A DNA stretch of 64,000 nucleotides from Ranitomeya imitator. Taxonomy: Eukaryota. Location: contig NC_091291.1 of assembly GCF_032444005.1 (NCBI RefSeq), positions 129,828,001 to 129,892,000 on the forward strand, in the 5' to 3' direction. The notes beneath the pieces were generated by a model. It ran no database searches. It saw nothing but the letters and a program-made list of their open reading frames with translations, and had not been told where the DNA came from. A program made the position numbers and the translations under genes. Numbering within the stretch: the first letter of the stretch is position 1; each line of letters starts with the position of its first letter. This document shows, piece after piece, positions 46,681-61,489 of this stretch.

Positions 46681-47639
46681 ATATAATTTGTATTAGGTTT
46701 TCACTACATGTTATTAAAAACATTGTGCTGACTTTTCAGCTGTTGTGGCAGAATATCGGGTGCATGTCCCTTATTATGGTATAAAATGCTGAACAATGTT
46801 GCCCCATTGAGGGACTAGAGGGCCGCGCTTTGTGACTCTGCCGCGCACGGTGCCTCCTTCCGCTTCTGTTCTGCAGGTACACACCAGATCTTAATCTGCT
46901 TTTAAATGGGTTGTAAAATGTAAAGGGAATCTGTCAGAAGGGTTTTTGCTGTGTAATCTGAGGGCAGAATGAGGTAGGGGCTGAGCCACTGATTCATTTC
47001 TGGAGATTACAGCAGCCGGACCCCCATCGGACTGTATATTAGGACCACATGCAGGGCGTGAGGTTGGCAGTGTGCAGGGGGGAGACAAAGCCTCCTGGAG
47101 AACATATCGCTGGAATTTACCTTGAGTGTTGACATTACACTAATCTTTGAGTACACGCTCTTATTGTCAGGCATGGATGAAGGGCGCGCCATAGAAAAGT
47201 AAACATAACTTTTTTTTTTTCTTTTTGAGTTTCACGGTGAGAGGCCAACAGTAATGATCTGAAAACTTATCACTGATGCCCCTGAAAATCCCTGCTGTGA
47301 TACGTCCCACATCTTTCATCACTTAGTCCATAGGTTTAGTGCGGTGGTCTCGCTAGGATGCCCCATTCAGCTGACATCCGACCCCCTGTGAGTAGAGAAG
47401 CGGCAGCGTGCGCCCAGCTGTCCCCGTGTCCCATCTGATGATCGTGTGTAGTAACTATCACATATCGCTCAGATCATCTGTTCTTACACCTCTGGTGTCT
47501 CGGAGGGTGGTTATAACGCCGTCTCCATAGGTGGGAGGTGCTAATTGGTTTCCTGTACATGGATATTAATGAGGACGTCAGACACCAGGGATGTGTGATC
47601 TGTGAAACTGAAGGAGCGCTCAGGAAAAGAGAAGAACGC

Positions 47640-48900
47640 TGCTAATTAAAAGCTATTAATATGCCTCCTCCTCAAACCCCATGTATTACCCCATGGTTTA
47701 CGTTGGCTGCATTGAAGGCGTTTAACATGAGCAGTCCTTGATGTTGTTCTGTTGGAACCAGAGATAAAACGGGCAATCGTTAGGTTCCAAGCCAAATTTT
47801 GATGGCTATTTGACAGTCGGGAGGAGCATCTCCAAAATGGCATGACTTGCGGAGTGCTCCTGGTGTACAGTACCTAGGAAAGTAAGGACCGTCGTGAGGT
47901 GATAAAGGTTTCTTGAGCTTACAAGGCATATGGGGAGCGAAAGTCATTAAGAGCGACTGTAGAACAAATTGCTGAAAATGTTCCTGCCGGCCATAATAGA
48001 GATGCTGGAAGTCGTAGAGCATCACACAGTGACGCTGCTTACTGTTCGTGAACCCGTGCTGAAATCAGAACTCGACTATGGAGTAATGGAAGGAGGCGAC
48101 CTGTCTGATCGTGTGGACACGATCTGGGAAACCCAGAGTCCTGATATATCGTGGATGTGACACCGACCAAGATATTCCCTAATGTCTTCCTTCAGCAGAT
48201 AATGGCACATGGTGAGGCCCGGGAATGGACGGTGACGTCCAGATGACAGCTTCTCCACAAAGATCTCAGCCATATCTAATGTGCTGAAAAAAAGTTTGAT
48301 CAATGGAGGCCACAACTAGCAACTTACTAGACATAAAATGATCTGCTAGTGCTAGATATGGACGAACTCCTTCGGAGGTCTTGAGCCTCGTTGGGTGGCT
48401 TCAGAGTTGCGACTGATCGTGTGCGTATTGTAGATACGTCTGGATTTTCTGATGTCATTGTACCGTTGCACACGTGGCAGTCCTGTACGCTCCTATTTAT
48501 GGCATCTGACATTGCACCTCGGCAGTGATTAGGAGGTGATAAGTCTCGCATACAGAAGTATTTTCACTGTGAGATGGATATATGGCCGACAGAAGGGAAG
48601 ATGTCTGGAGCACGGATGACTCAGCCGATGGGGACTGAGACTATGGACTCGACACAGACCTTGATGTAACGATCGCGGCCGAGGTTTTCTATGTAGTTCA
48701 CATTGATCTTCCTAAATAATTCCTTTGTGTTTATTTCCCTACAACACATCATTTGGCAGCTTGAGCTCAGCCCTTAGATCATTTCCAGCCTCTCGGGAAA
48801 AGTCCACGTGACGTCTGCACTTTCTGTATATGGCATTTCCTTCTGTCATTCGAGCAGGCTGCAATCCTATAATGAGGCGTATCAGGACTCGTTATCCCGC
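47640..48900 (-). mobile_element. Degenerate Gypsy pol/integrase remnant
   Basis: Fragments ...VQDCHVC (zinc finger), LGFPDRVH (GFPxxIHSDQG-like), KPLSPHDGPY (GPY/F) and HVKRLQ. Confidence 0.55.
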
Positions 48901-49299
48901 AACTAACGAGCAGACATTAACCCCTTTACCCCCAAGGGTGGTTTGCACGTTAATGACCGGGCCAATTTTTACAATTCTGACCACTGTCCCTTTATGAGGT
49001 TATAACTCTGGAACGCTTCAATGGATCCTGGTGATTCTGACATTGTTTTCTCGTGACATATTGTACTTCATGACAATGGTAAAAATTATTTGATAGTACC
49101 TGCGTTTATTTGTGAAAAAAACGGAAATTTGGCGAAAATTATGAAAATTTCGCAATTTTCCAACTTTGTATTTTTATGCAATTAAATCAGAGATATGTCA
49201 CACAAAATACTTAATAAATAACATTTCCCACATGTCTACTTTACATCAGCACAATTTTGGAAACAAAATTTTTTTTTGTTAGGGAGTTATAAGGGTTAA

Positions 49300-51350
49300 A
49301 AGTTGACCAGCAATTTCTCATTTCTACAACACCATTTTATTTTAGGGACCACATCTCATTTGAAGTCATTTTGAGGGGTCTATATGATAGAAAATACCCA
49401 AGTGTGACACCATTCTAAAAACTACACCCCTCAAGGTGCTCAAAACCATATTCAAGAAGTTTATTAACCCTTCTGGTGCTTCACAGGAATTTTTTGAATG
49501 TTTAAATAAAAATGAACATTTAACTTTTTTTCACAAAAAATTTAATTCAGCTCCAATTTGTTTTATTTTACCAAGGGTAACAGGAGAAAATGGACCCCAA
49601 ACATTGTTGTACAATTTGTCCTGAGTATGCCAATACCCCACATGTGGGGGTAAACCACTGTTTGGGCGCATGGCAGAGCTCGGAAGCGAAGGAGTGCCAT
49701 TTGACTTTCAATGCAAAATTGACTGGAATTGAGATGGGACGCCATGTTTCGTTTGGAGAGCCCCTGATGTGGCTAAACATTGAAACCCCCCACAAGTGAC
49801 ACCATTTTGGAAAGTAGACCCCCTAAGGAACTTATCTAGAGGTGTGGTGAGCACTTTGACCCAACAAGTGCTTCACAGAAGTTTATAATGTAGAACCGTA
49901 AAAATAAAAAATCATATTTTTTCACAAAAATTATCTTTTCGCCCCCAATTTTTTATTTTCCCAAGGGTAAGAGAAGAAATTGGACCCCAAAAGTTGTTGT
50001 ACAATTTGTCCTGAGTACGCTGATAGCCCATATGTGGGGGTAAACCACTGTTTGGGCGCATGGGAGAGCTCGGAAGGGAAGGAGCGCCGTTTGACTTTTC
50101 AATGCAAAATTGACAGGAATTGAGATGGGACCTCATGTTGCGTTTGAAGAGCCACTGATGTGCCTAAACATTGAAACCCCCCACAAGTGACACCATTTTG
50201 GAAAGTAGACCCCCTAAGGAACTTATCTAGAGGTGTGGTGAGCACTTTGACCCACCAAGTGCTTCACAGAAGTTTATAATGCAGAGCCGTAAAAATAAAA
50301 CAAAATTTTTTTCCCACAAAAATTATTTTTTTAGCCCCCAGTTTTGTATTTTCCTGAGGGTAACAGGAGAAATTGGACCCCAAAATTTGTTGCCCAATTT
50401 GTCCTGAGTGCGATGATACACCATATGTGGGGGGAACCACTGTTTGGGCACATGGGAGGGCTCAGAAGGGAAGGAGTGCCATTTGAATGCAGACTTAGAT
50501 GGAATGGTCTGCAGGTGTCACATTGCGTTTGCAGAGCCCCTAATGTACCTAAACAGTAGAAACCCCCCACAAGTGACACCATTTTGGAAAGTAGACCCCC
50601 TTAGGAACTTATCTAGATGTGTGCTGAGCGCTTTGACCCACCAAGGGCTTCACAGAAGTTTATAATGGAGAGCCGTAAAAATAAAACAAAAATTTTTTCC
50701 CACAAAAATTATTTTTTAGCCCCCAGTTTTGTATTTTCCCGAGGGTAACCGGAGAAATTCGACCCCACAATTTGTTGTCCAATTTGTCCTGAGTGCGCTG
50801 ATACCCCATATGTGGGGGGGAATCACTGTTTGGGCGCATGGGAGGGCTCGGAAGGGAAGGAGCTCCATTTGGAATGAGGACTTAGATGGAATGGTCTGCA
50901 GGTGTCACATTGCATTTGCAGAGCCCCTAATGTACCTAAACAGTAGAAACCTCCCACAAGTGACACCATTTTGGAAACTAGACCCCCTAAGGAACTCATC
51001 TAGATGTGTTGTGATAGCTTTGAACCCCCAAGTGTTTCACTACAGTTTGTAACGCAGAGCCGTGAAAATAAAAAATCTTTTTTTTTCCCACAAAAAATAT
51101 GTTTTAGCCCCGAGTTTTGTATTTTCCCAAGGGTAACAGGAGAAATTGGACCCCAAAAGTTGTTGTCCTATTTGTCCTGAGTACGCTGATACCCCATATG
51201 TTGGGGTAAACCCCTGTTTGGGCACACGGGAGAGCTCGGAAGGGAAGAAGCACTGATTTACTTTTTCAACGCAGAATTGGCTGGAATTGAGATCGGACGC
51301 CATGTCGCGTTTGGAGAGCCCCTGATGTGCCTAAACAGTGGAAACCCCCC
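49300..51350. repeat. About 387-391 bp tandem repeat (roughly 5 units)
   Basis: Marker CACAAGTGACACCATTTTGG at 49791, 50182, 50568 and 50955, with a variant near 49400. Confidence 0.92.
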
Positions 51351-51362
51351 AATTATAACTGA

Positions 51363-51543
51363 AACCCTAATCCAAACACATCCCTAACCCTAATCCCAAC
51401 AGTAACCCTAACCACACCTCTAACCCTGACACACCCCTAATCCCAACCCTATTCCCAACCGTAAATGTAATCTAAACCCTAACTGTAACTGTAGCCCTAA
51501 CCCTAGCCCTAACCCTAGCCCTAACTCTAACCCTAGCCCTAAT
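51363..51543 (-). repeat. Degenerate telomere-like (CCCTAA/CCCTAG)n tract
   Basis: Seen directly. Confidence 0.85.
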
Positions 51544-53150
51544 GGGAAAATGGAAATAAATACATTTTTTAAATTTTTCCCTAACTAAGGGGGTGATGAA
51601 GGGGGGTTTGATTTACTTTTATAGCGGGTTTTTTAGCGGATTTTTATGATTGGCAGCCGTCACACACTGAAAGACGCTTTTTATTGCAAAAAATATTTTT
51701 TGCGTTACCACATTTTGAGAGCTATAATTTTTCTATATTTTGGTCCACAGAGTCATGTGAGGTCTTGTTTTTTGCGGGACGAGTTGATGTTTTTATTGGT
51801 AACATTTTCGGGCACGTGACATTTTTTAATCGCTTTTTATTCCGATTTTTGTGAGGCAGAATGACCAAAAACCAGCTATTCATGAATTTCTTTTGGGGGA
51901 GGCGTTTATACCGTTCCGCGTTTGGTAAAATTGATGAAGCAGTTTTATTCTTCGGGTCAGTACGATTACAGCGATACCTCATTTATATCATTTTTTTATG
52001 TTTTGGCGCTTTTATACGATAAAAACTATTTTATAGAAAAAATAATTATTTTTGCATCACTTTATTCTCAGGACTATAACTTTTTTATTTTTTTGCTGAT
52101 GATGCTGTATGGCGGCTCGTTTTTTGCGGGACAAGATGACGCTTTCAGCGGTACCATGGTTAGTTATATCTGTCTTTTTGATCGCGTGTTATTCCACTTT
52201 TTGTTCGGCGGTATGATAATAAAGCGTTGTTTTTTGCCTCGTTTTTTTTTTTTTTTTCTTACGGTGTTTACTGAAGGGGTTAACTAGTGGGCCAGTTTTA
52301 TAGGTCGGGCCGTTACGGACGCGGCGATACTAAATATGTGTACTTTTATTGTTTTTTTTTTTTTTATTTAGATAAAGAAATGTATTTATGGGAATATTTT
52401 TTTTTTTTTTTTCATTATTTTGGAATATTTTTTTTTATTTTTTTTACACATTTGAAATTTTTTTTTTTAACTTTTTTACTTTGTCCCAGGGGGGGACATC
52501 ACAGATCAGTGATCTGACAGTTTGCACAGCACTCTGTCAGATCACTGAATCTGATAGGAGTGCAGGCTGCTTCACAGTGCCGGCTCTGTGAAGCCACCTC
52601 CCTCCCTGTAGGACCCGGATCCGCGGCCATCTTGGATCCGGGGCTGGAGGGAGCAGGGAGGGAGGTGAGACCCTCGCAGCAACGCGATCACATCGCGTTG
52701 CTGCGGGGGGCTCAGGGAAGCCCGCAGGGAGCCCCCTCCCTGCGCGGTGCTTCCCTGTACCGCCGGCACATCGCGATCATCTTTGATCGCGGTGTGCCGG
52801 GGGTTAATGTGCCGGGGGCGGTCCGTGACCGCTCCTGGCACATAGTGCCGGATGTCAGCTGCGATAAACAGCTGACACCCGGCCGCGATCGGCGGCGCTC
52901 CCCCCGTGAGCGCTGCCGATCGCATATGACGTACTATTGCGTCCTTGGGAAGTAAAGCCCACCCCACATGGACGCAATAGTACGTCTAATGGCAGAAAGG
53001 GGTTAAGGGAAAATCAATGAGCCGGTGACTTCCGATGTCTGCCTGAGCCTTGCCGGCCATGAATCGCATCATTCTGTTTATTATAGATGTCTGCTTGTTT
53101 CGTGGTATCGCCATTAATGTCATATATTTTGTTTAATATTTCATCTGCAG

Positions 53151-53305
53151 GTCACGCTGCTCACGAAGAGCTGAACGTCATTCTTGACGACATTGAATTT
53201 GCTGATATCATTCACAGAGCGGAGCAAGCCATCGACGGCGGGGTCTTCCCAGAGCGAATATCCCAGGGATCAAGTGGAAGCTACTTTGTTAAAGATCCAA
53301 AGGCG
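53151..53305 (+). CDS. pi4k2b: PI4K2B exon 2
   Basis: ctgcag| [51 protein letters not shown] |gtgggt. Confidence 0.95.
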
Positions 53306-53689
53306 GTGGGTATTGTTCAGCACCTCGATATGTTTGCGTACCTCAGCTTTTGGCGTTTTCACAGCAGTCCGATCTGTCAGTGAAGGGTGTATGGATGAAG
53401 GTTGACACTAGTTTTATTTATCGTTAATTAAATTTCAAAGAAAAATACATAAGGCACTAATCGTGCAGCAGGTCAAAGGTAGCCACCGAGAAAGAACAAT
53501 AAACCACATTATCACAATATCTGGAGGCTGAATGCAGTTGACGGTAATGTCACAAGATGAGTAACTGGATGTAAAATCTTACCAGTGTAGTGACTCGGAG
53601 GGTTTACATAATCATGTAGAATAGTAAGACAGAAGAGGGGAAAAATAAACCCAGAGACACTCAAAGAAAGAGGGATGGGATGGAGGGAG

Positions 53690-55450
53690 AACGGCGGCGA
53701 GGCTCTAAGAGTACAGCTCGTTTTTCTCCTATAAGATCGAGGTTGTCCGAGGATCTAATCTTCAGCCAATATAACCAGGATTTATAATCGGCCATAGCAG
53801 TTATTAATCGTAGAAGCAAGTTCCTCCGTTATCATAACCTCATTTATTTTGAAAAGACAACGGGAGATTCTGAGCCTATCTCTTTCCATAAGAGAGGACC
53901 GCATGCCCTAGTAGATGCTATTGGGTGTCTCGGTATCACATTTTTGTAAATTTTTAAAGGGATGTTGCTGCGATGAAGGATGAGAGCTGGATCCAGGGCT
54001 GAGATGAGATCTGTGATTTCACGTATCACAAGTATAATTGAGCTAATGTTTCCAAATTCATTTCCGATTACGATCGTCAGCGAATATTGGTTTTGCAATA
54101 TTTGCTGAACGTCATTGGGAGTTGTTCGGAACCAATCATCAAACATAAATTTGGCACAAATAGGGTAGCAATATGGCACGAATATGGCAAATTCAGATTC
54201 GGCGACCAAATCCGAACATATTCGCTCAATTCTAATCACTAGTTGTACTTTTTCCCAGAAAGGAGAGAAGATTGCAAGACCAAAATAAATATGTAATGGA
54301 TCACACTCCTCCCCGCATCTACCAACACATGGGACCGGAATATAGTGCAATTTTTTTTGACAGCCTCATGTAATTGTGTGCAGACATGTCTCCACTAATC
54401 CTTCGTCAGGGCACGACCTAGATCGCCTTCCCATTGGGTCTGAAACCGGGTTTTGGGCTGGTCCAGGGGGTCACTCAGAAGGGATTATGAGAGACAAAAT
54501 ATCCCTTAAGGCAGAGGTCCCCAACTCCAGTCCTCAAGGCCCACCAACAAGTCATGTTTTCAGGATTTCCTTTGCATTGCACAGGTGATGCAATTATTAC
54601 CTGGGCAAGACTAAGGAAATCCTGAAAACATGACATGTTGGTGGGCCTTGAGGACTGGAGTTGGGGACCCCTGCCTTAAGGGATCTGTGTTCAAGCACTC
54701 CCCTTAAAAAGTCATTTTTATAAAAAGCCCTAGGTGAGGACTGACGGTAGTGCGAGAGCTGCGCAGTTCTCCAGAATCCGGAGGTGCAAGGACAGAGGGG
54801 CGCTGAGGATGTGCCTTTGAAGGCCATATGTTTTCAACTCTAAAACAGCCACTGTTTAACCAGGAACGAAAAACGTCATCTTATATCCCTGGGGGGTAAA
54901 AGTGGATTACCCGAGATGGGGTGGATGGAGGGGGATTGATGAATGTACTGTGGGATTATTGCAGCATGAAAGAATGGCCCCAATCGTGGGATGAGTTCTA
55001 AGTGCAGTAACCGTAGATGGGTCTGACCAGGGAGTAGTAATTGGAGGGATGTTTGTAAAGCTTTGTGTAATCCTGACCCAAGCTTTCCTAGAACCAGTCG
55101 TCCACCAGTCCAGAACTCTAGCGAGGTGGGAGCCAATGTAATATGATCTGAAGTCAGGCAAGGCTGAACCGCCTGATGACGTAGGACGGTACAGTATGGC
55201 TCTACTGATGCGGGAGGTTTACCAGATCATATGAAAGTAGTCTAAACCGTAGTGAGACTCCTAAAGGACGAGGGGATGCCAATCGGAAGAGCTGGAATGA
55301 CGCCTAGTACTGGAGGGGGAATATTACATTTTAAAGATTGCACTTCTACCGAACCATGTAAAGTTGTGCGCCTGTTAATGAATTAGGTGGTGCTCACTCC
55401 TCCTCACCCCGCTTCCGAAACTCTTGCCCGATAATCTCTTCAAGCATCTC
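53690..55450 (-). mobile_element. Degenerate L1/Tx1-like LINE ORF2 3' fragments, interrupted by MITEs
   Basis: GGSALPDFRSYYIGSHLARVLDWW matches the L1-clade GGLxLPxxxxYY motif. C-terminal KINEV-like fragment near 53850. Confidence 0.6.
54512..54673. mobile_element. 162-bp hAT (Charlie-like) MITE
   Basis: TIR CAG(A/G)GGTCCCCAACTCCAGTCCTCAAGGCCCACCAACA. Perfect 8-bp TSD CCTTAAGG (54504-54511 and 54674-54681). Confidence 0.92.
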
Positions 55451-56028
55451 CTGATGGAATCCCCTCCGAACTAGGCACTGTGCAACTGAGAAGCTGCAAA
55501 AAAAAAAAAAACTATTTTTTTCCACCCCCCCCTAAAAAATAAAAAAGCATTTCCTCAAACTGTTTCCATTTGAAAACTTGTCATTGGGGAACGGATAAAA
55601 GAACTGCATGTGCACATGGCCTTAAGGTCCTTTGCTTCTGGTCATGGACTTTCACTCTGCAAGTTTGGCTGCAGCTCTTATGCATAGTCACTCTCCATAA
55701 TGAAATATGTAGATGTGGGAAGTGCTTTCCATCCGTCTCAGACTGCAGAGTGGCCGCAGCCGCCGGGACTTTCTGCTAATGGGCATAAGCTGCCAATAGG
55801 GAAGAAATGTGACACCTGCTCCATGCCCTTCTCCAGCTCAGATTTATACTCCGAGTATATCCTATTCTATGTATTATAGTGCGCCGATATGGGTAAATGC
55901 CATTGTACAGGAGGGGGAGGAGGTGAGCTGTGACCACCTATTGTGAATGGTAAATGCTGTGTTATCAGCCGTTGTGATCCTGTCCTTTTTTCTTTCATAT
56001 TTTTAATTTTTGATACTTTTTTTTCTAG

Positions 56029-56319
<291 letters not shown>

Positions 56320-56645
56320 TAATGGATTTACACTGCGAGTGTACAGGTGAGAGATGACTGGGACGGCCTGATCATCCTGCTGTCCCTGCTCCCCCTACAC
56401 AGATGCAGAACCTGGAAGTAAAAGTTCATTCTGCCTCCTGATGTTAGATGAGGACTGAGCCCCCAATATTGCAGCTAGAGCTGTAGAGCCGAAGAGTTCT
56501 GCAATATTATAGTTTTCATAAAACCCTTTGACTGCAGGTCACTGCCTGTTTGGCTGTGATCCGTGGCCTAGTGTAAATGTTTGTCTTGTTGGCAGGCTCC
56601 TCTCCACCAGCCTTCCTGTATAAATATTCAGATTTCACTTTTTAA

Positions 56646-56867
<222 letters not shown>

Positions 56868-57227
56868 TAATGCAGAAAGAGAACAGACAGACCCGGCTAC
56901 AAGTAGGGTCCTTGGGTGTTTTGTGTGTGTGACGGAGCTGGTCCGGTCATGTCTTCTGTTTTAAAATGGAAACCAGGATGTGACCAGAACCGATACACCT
57001 CTGATTCATGGCTGCATTTCATGCTTTTATTGAAGCACCCCAGTCCTGAAAACTGGACCCAAGGGCGTAGCTGCAAGTTCTTTATCAGAAAAGTTGACTT
57101 TGCATATATGATGTTCTTCTTAGAGTTTTCATAATTTCTTCTGTAGCGATCAGCTCCTGGTCCCCAGGTTCCGGAACAGAAGGAGAGTATTTACGTTTTG
57201 TTTCTAAACTATTGCACTTCACATTTA

Positions 57228-57532
57228 GGCTACGTTCACATTTGCACCTTTGGGCGCAGCGTCGTCGACGCATGCGTCATGTGCCCCTATCTTTAACATG
57301 GGGGGGCGCATGGACATGCGCCGGTATGCGATGTACTGCGTTTTACGACGCGTGCGTCATATAGACGCACAGACATGGCGCAGAGGACGCTACTTGTAGC
57401 GTTTTTCCTGCGCCGAAATTCCTGCTCTGCTTGCTTATGACAACGCATGCGTCGCAAAACGCAGCGTTGTGCACATGCGTTGTTGGTTGCGTCACCGACG
57501 CTGCGCCCAACAACGCAAATGTGATCGTAGCC
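57228..57532. mobile_element. Palindromic MITE (family of 36873-37177)
   Basis: GGCTACGTTCACATTTGC ... GCAAATGTGATCGTAGCC. Confidence 0.8.
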
Positions 57533-57564
57533 TTACAGAGGTTGTCTGAAGTGATGCAGCTTAG

Positions 57565-57759
<195 letters not shown>

Positions 57760-58101
57760 TAGGAAGGCACGGGGGTGAGAGGACACGCGCACAGCGCTGT
57801 TTAATACAAGTGTACGGTTTTCACCACCGGGCGATATTCTGCCTATAATCAAACATATCGGTCGTCAACGAATGAACACTTTTTACAGTCACTGGATTCA
57901 TGGCATGTTTACATGAGCCAATGATCTGGAACGAGCCGTATAACACTTTCGGCAATTATAAGCCCGTATCGGTGGACCTTGCATTCTCAGGGAGTCTAGC
58001 TGGCACTGTGGAAGTGACCAGATGTTTTTTTTTTTTTTTGGCTGTGATTGCTATTATTGGTTTATCATGCTGATGACATGTCCCTTTTATTTTCCTTGCA
58101 G

Positions 58102-58401
<300 letters not shown>

Positions 58402-58516
58402 TGATGTCTGCTAATTTATTCAGCAGAAAAATATATGCATTTTCTTACATCCGTTCCGCTTTAATACAAGTTGTAGCCTACATGTATAAAGTGGTGACAT
58501 TTAAGCCAATGACTAA

Positions 58517-58890
58517 GGCTATGTGCACACGTTGCGGATTAGCCTTAGGAATTTCTGGTGTGGATTTTGCCTCTCCTGGCAGAAAATGCAGCTGCGGATT
58601 TGTCGTGTTTTTATGCGGTTTTGCTTTTTTTTTGTTTTTGTGTGTGGATTTACTGCGTTTTTTACTCCTGCGGATTTCTATAATGGATGGGGGACAAAAA
58701 CGCTGCAGATCCACAAAAAAGTGACATGCTACTTTTAATCCGCAGCGTTTCCGCACCGGATTTTCCACAAAGTGTGCACATTTTTTTTTTTTTTTTTTTT
58801 TTTTTCATTGATTTACATTGTACTGTAAATCATTTGCAGCGTTTCTACACCGCAAAAAACGCTGCGGATCCACAACGTGTGCACATACCC
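58517..58890. mobile_element. Kolobok/T2-like MITE
   Basis: GGCTATGTGCACACGTTG ... CAACGTGTGCACATACCC-TTAA. Confidence 0.82.
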
Positions 58891-59247
58891 TTAAGTCGGG
58901 TCGGTGCAAGACAGCGTCACACTACACTCGAAAAAAATGCATCATCATGACGTGGGTCTTAAATTGTCCCACAAATGCTGTGATGGAAATGCTTAAACTT
59001 CAAGAAATTCAGATTTGGATTTCTTGAGATTGGTGTCTCACAGTTGTAACTTGCAAGACTCTGAGCGTCCCATTCACTTTCAGGATGCTGCTATGCAACA
59101 TTGCCATTCTGTCATTTTTGGCTAACTTATTAATGCATGTTGCAGCAAATTGTCACTTATACATCCTACTGTTCACCGTGCCATGCACTATCTTCCCGAG
59201 CTTTTTCTATGCCATGATCTGTTGACGCTGCATAACAAAATGCATAA

Positions 59248-59472
<225 letters not shown>

Positions 59473-59504
59473 TGATTGCGAATAAATCATGTTTATTTCC
59501 ACAG

Positions 59505-59564
59505 ACTGATAAAGGGTTTGACAAGGCTACGTTTGAGAAGCAGATGTCTGTAATGAGAGGACAG
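59505..59564 (+). CDS. pi4k2b: PI4K2B exon 9
   Basis: acag| TDKGFDKATFEKQMSVMRGQ |gtaagt. Confidence 0.97.
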
Positions 59565-59762
59565 GTAAGTTGTTTTTATTTTGAACTTTTACCGATTGTG
59601 GACAAGATGGCTGCAGGTTTGGTTGTAATAAAAGTTTTTATCCCTGCGTACATCCGGCCCCCCTGGAAACTAGATCCAGCTGGTCAGTGGGGACATCTGA
59701 TTGCTCCAGTTCAATACCCATGACCTTTTGAGACCATAACCCTGGACAACATGCGATATTGA

Positions 59763-59969
<207 letters not shown>

Positions 59970-61489
59970 CCGGGAAGGGAACGGGACCTAATGTCTTAAA
60001 TCTATAAAGCTGCTGTTTTGCACAAACACTGCAAAGAGTGAAAACTGCTGTCAGTCCTGTATAGCTGCCAAACCGCCGGCCTCCAGAAGAGAAGCAGTGA
60101 CCTATGAATGTACTTCAGTTTACAGTCCTGTCGTATTCAGAGGTGGTTTTGTCAGGGACGCTGGTAGGACTGCATTGACATGTACTGTATTTTTATATAT
60201 TCCATTTTCTTTAATATATGAAGTAGTGCATTCAAGCCAATCCTCCTGCCGTCCCCTCTATATGCTGGAATGATGCCTCCTCCATTTCCAAATTGCTATT
60301 CTGAGTTGTGTATAATTTATAAAAATGAAATTATCTAGGCCCCGTGGTAAATAACCACATGGGTATTTGGGATTTCACTATGAGATGCACTTTTTTTTTT
60401 TCCTTATTGTATTTTTCTAAAGTGCCCGGTCTATTTGTCAAGATAAGAGAAAATAAAAACCCTTCTTGGATCAATGTAAGCAGAGAATGTTTAAACCTTG
60501 GGATCGTAATGCTGTACATGTTCCATATCACTATAGTGTCAGTGTGTAGGTCACATTTTTGGGGGGTTGGTGGGGGGCTACCATAGTATAAAACTTAAAG
60601 GAACCTCACTTCGCCTCCCCGACTGATGTTACTATTACGTTGGACGATCGTGTAGTACAGCTTCCCCACCAATATCCTATTCCGCATCACCTAGGGACAT
60701 GTACGATCAGCTTGGCACAGTTACAGATACCCCCTTGTCCACACAGGCACAAGGAGTGAGAGAATGTGGCTCACGTTGCAGCTGACGTGGCACCTCACTC
60801 GCTCACAACCCTGCGAGGCCCCTTTCACAACACCAGAGAAACAGAAACTTATCAACCCAGTAGGTCTGCCATCAGATCCTTGTTAGATATAATCCTGTTA
60901 ACGGATCGGTCATATATCGAGCCAGAAACCCGCCCTGTTAGCATGGAAAGTTCAGCCGAGAATCGGTTTGATGTTAGACCATGTGCTGGCCTGCATGAGG
61001 TGCCAGCCGGTTCCAGGCTCTTCTAGCCCTTTTAGAAGTAAACAGCAAGCATGGCAAAGAGAAGGGTGCCTTACATCAGCCTTTTAACCCGTAGGTTGGT
61101 CACACCCTTTTCTGGTGTGGCTGAACCACCTGCTGAGCCAGGTGTCCTGTTACCGTTACACATACTGAAGGATTGTAATCTGCCTTTCAAACCCCCCCCC
61201 TCCCCCCCCCCCCATATCCTTTAAATGCGTGTATTTTCTGGAGAAAAATACATCATTTGGATTTTGTTAAACTTTATACCATTTCACTTTTGAGACTTTG
61301 TTTCTTTGTTGTACTGAACTCTAATCGCCAAAAAATCAGAAAAAAAAAAAAGTTTCAAATGTTCAGAACAAGCTCAATTTATAGATTCTTAGTGAACTTC
61401 CTTTGCACCCAGAAATTAATAGAGGCAAAATTTACACACAAAAAACAATCTATATCCGTGTTTAATTGATTTTTTTTTTTTTTGGATAA

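Larger units (their letters stand above)
48921..53002. mobile_element. 4.08-kb piggyBac-like non-autonomous element in pi4k2b intron 1
   Basis: TTAA-CCCCTTT ... AAAGGGG-TTAA termini. No transposase ORF. Internal about 390-bp tandem repeats and a telomere-like tract. Confidence 0.75.

Noticed and set aside
53303-53305. GC donor AAG|GCGGTG for pi4k2b exon 2
   Set aside because: The canonical GCG|GTGGGT donor 3 nt downstream gives the expected residue count (KDPK-A-KIIG versus human KDPK-R-KIIG).
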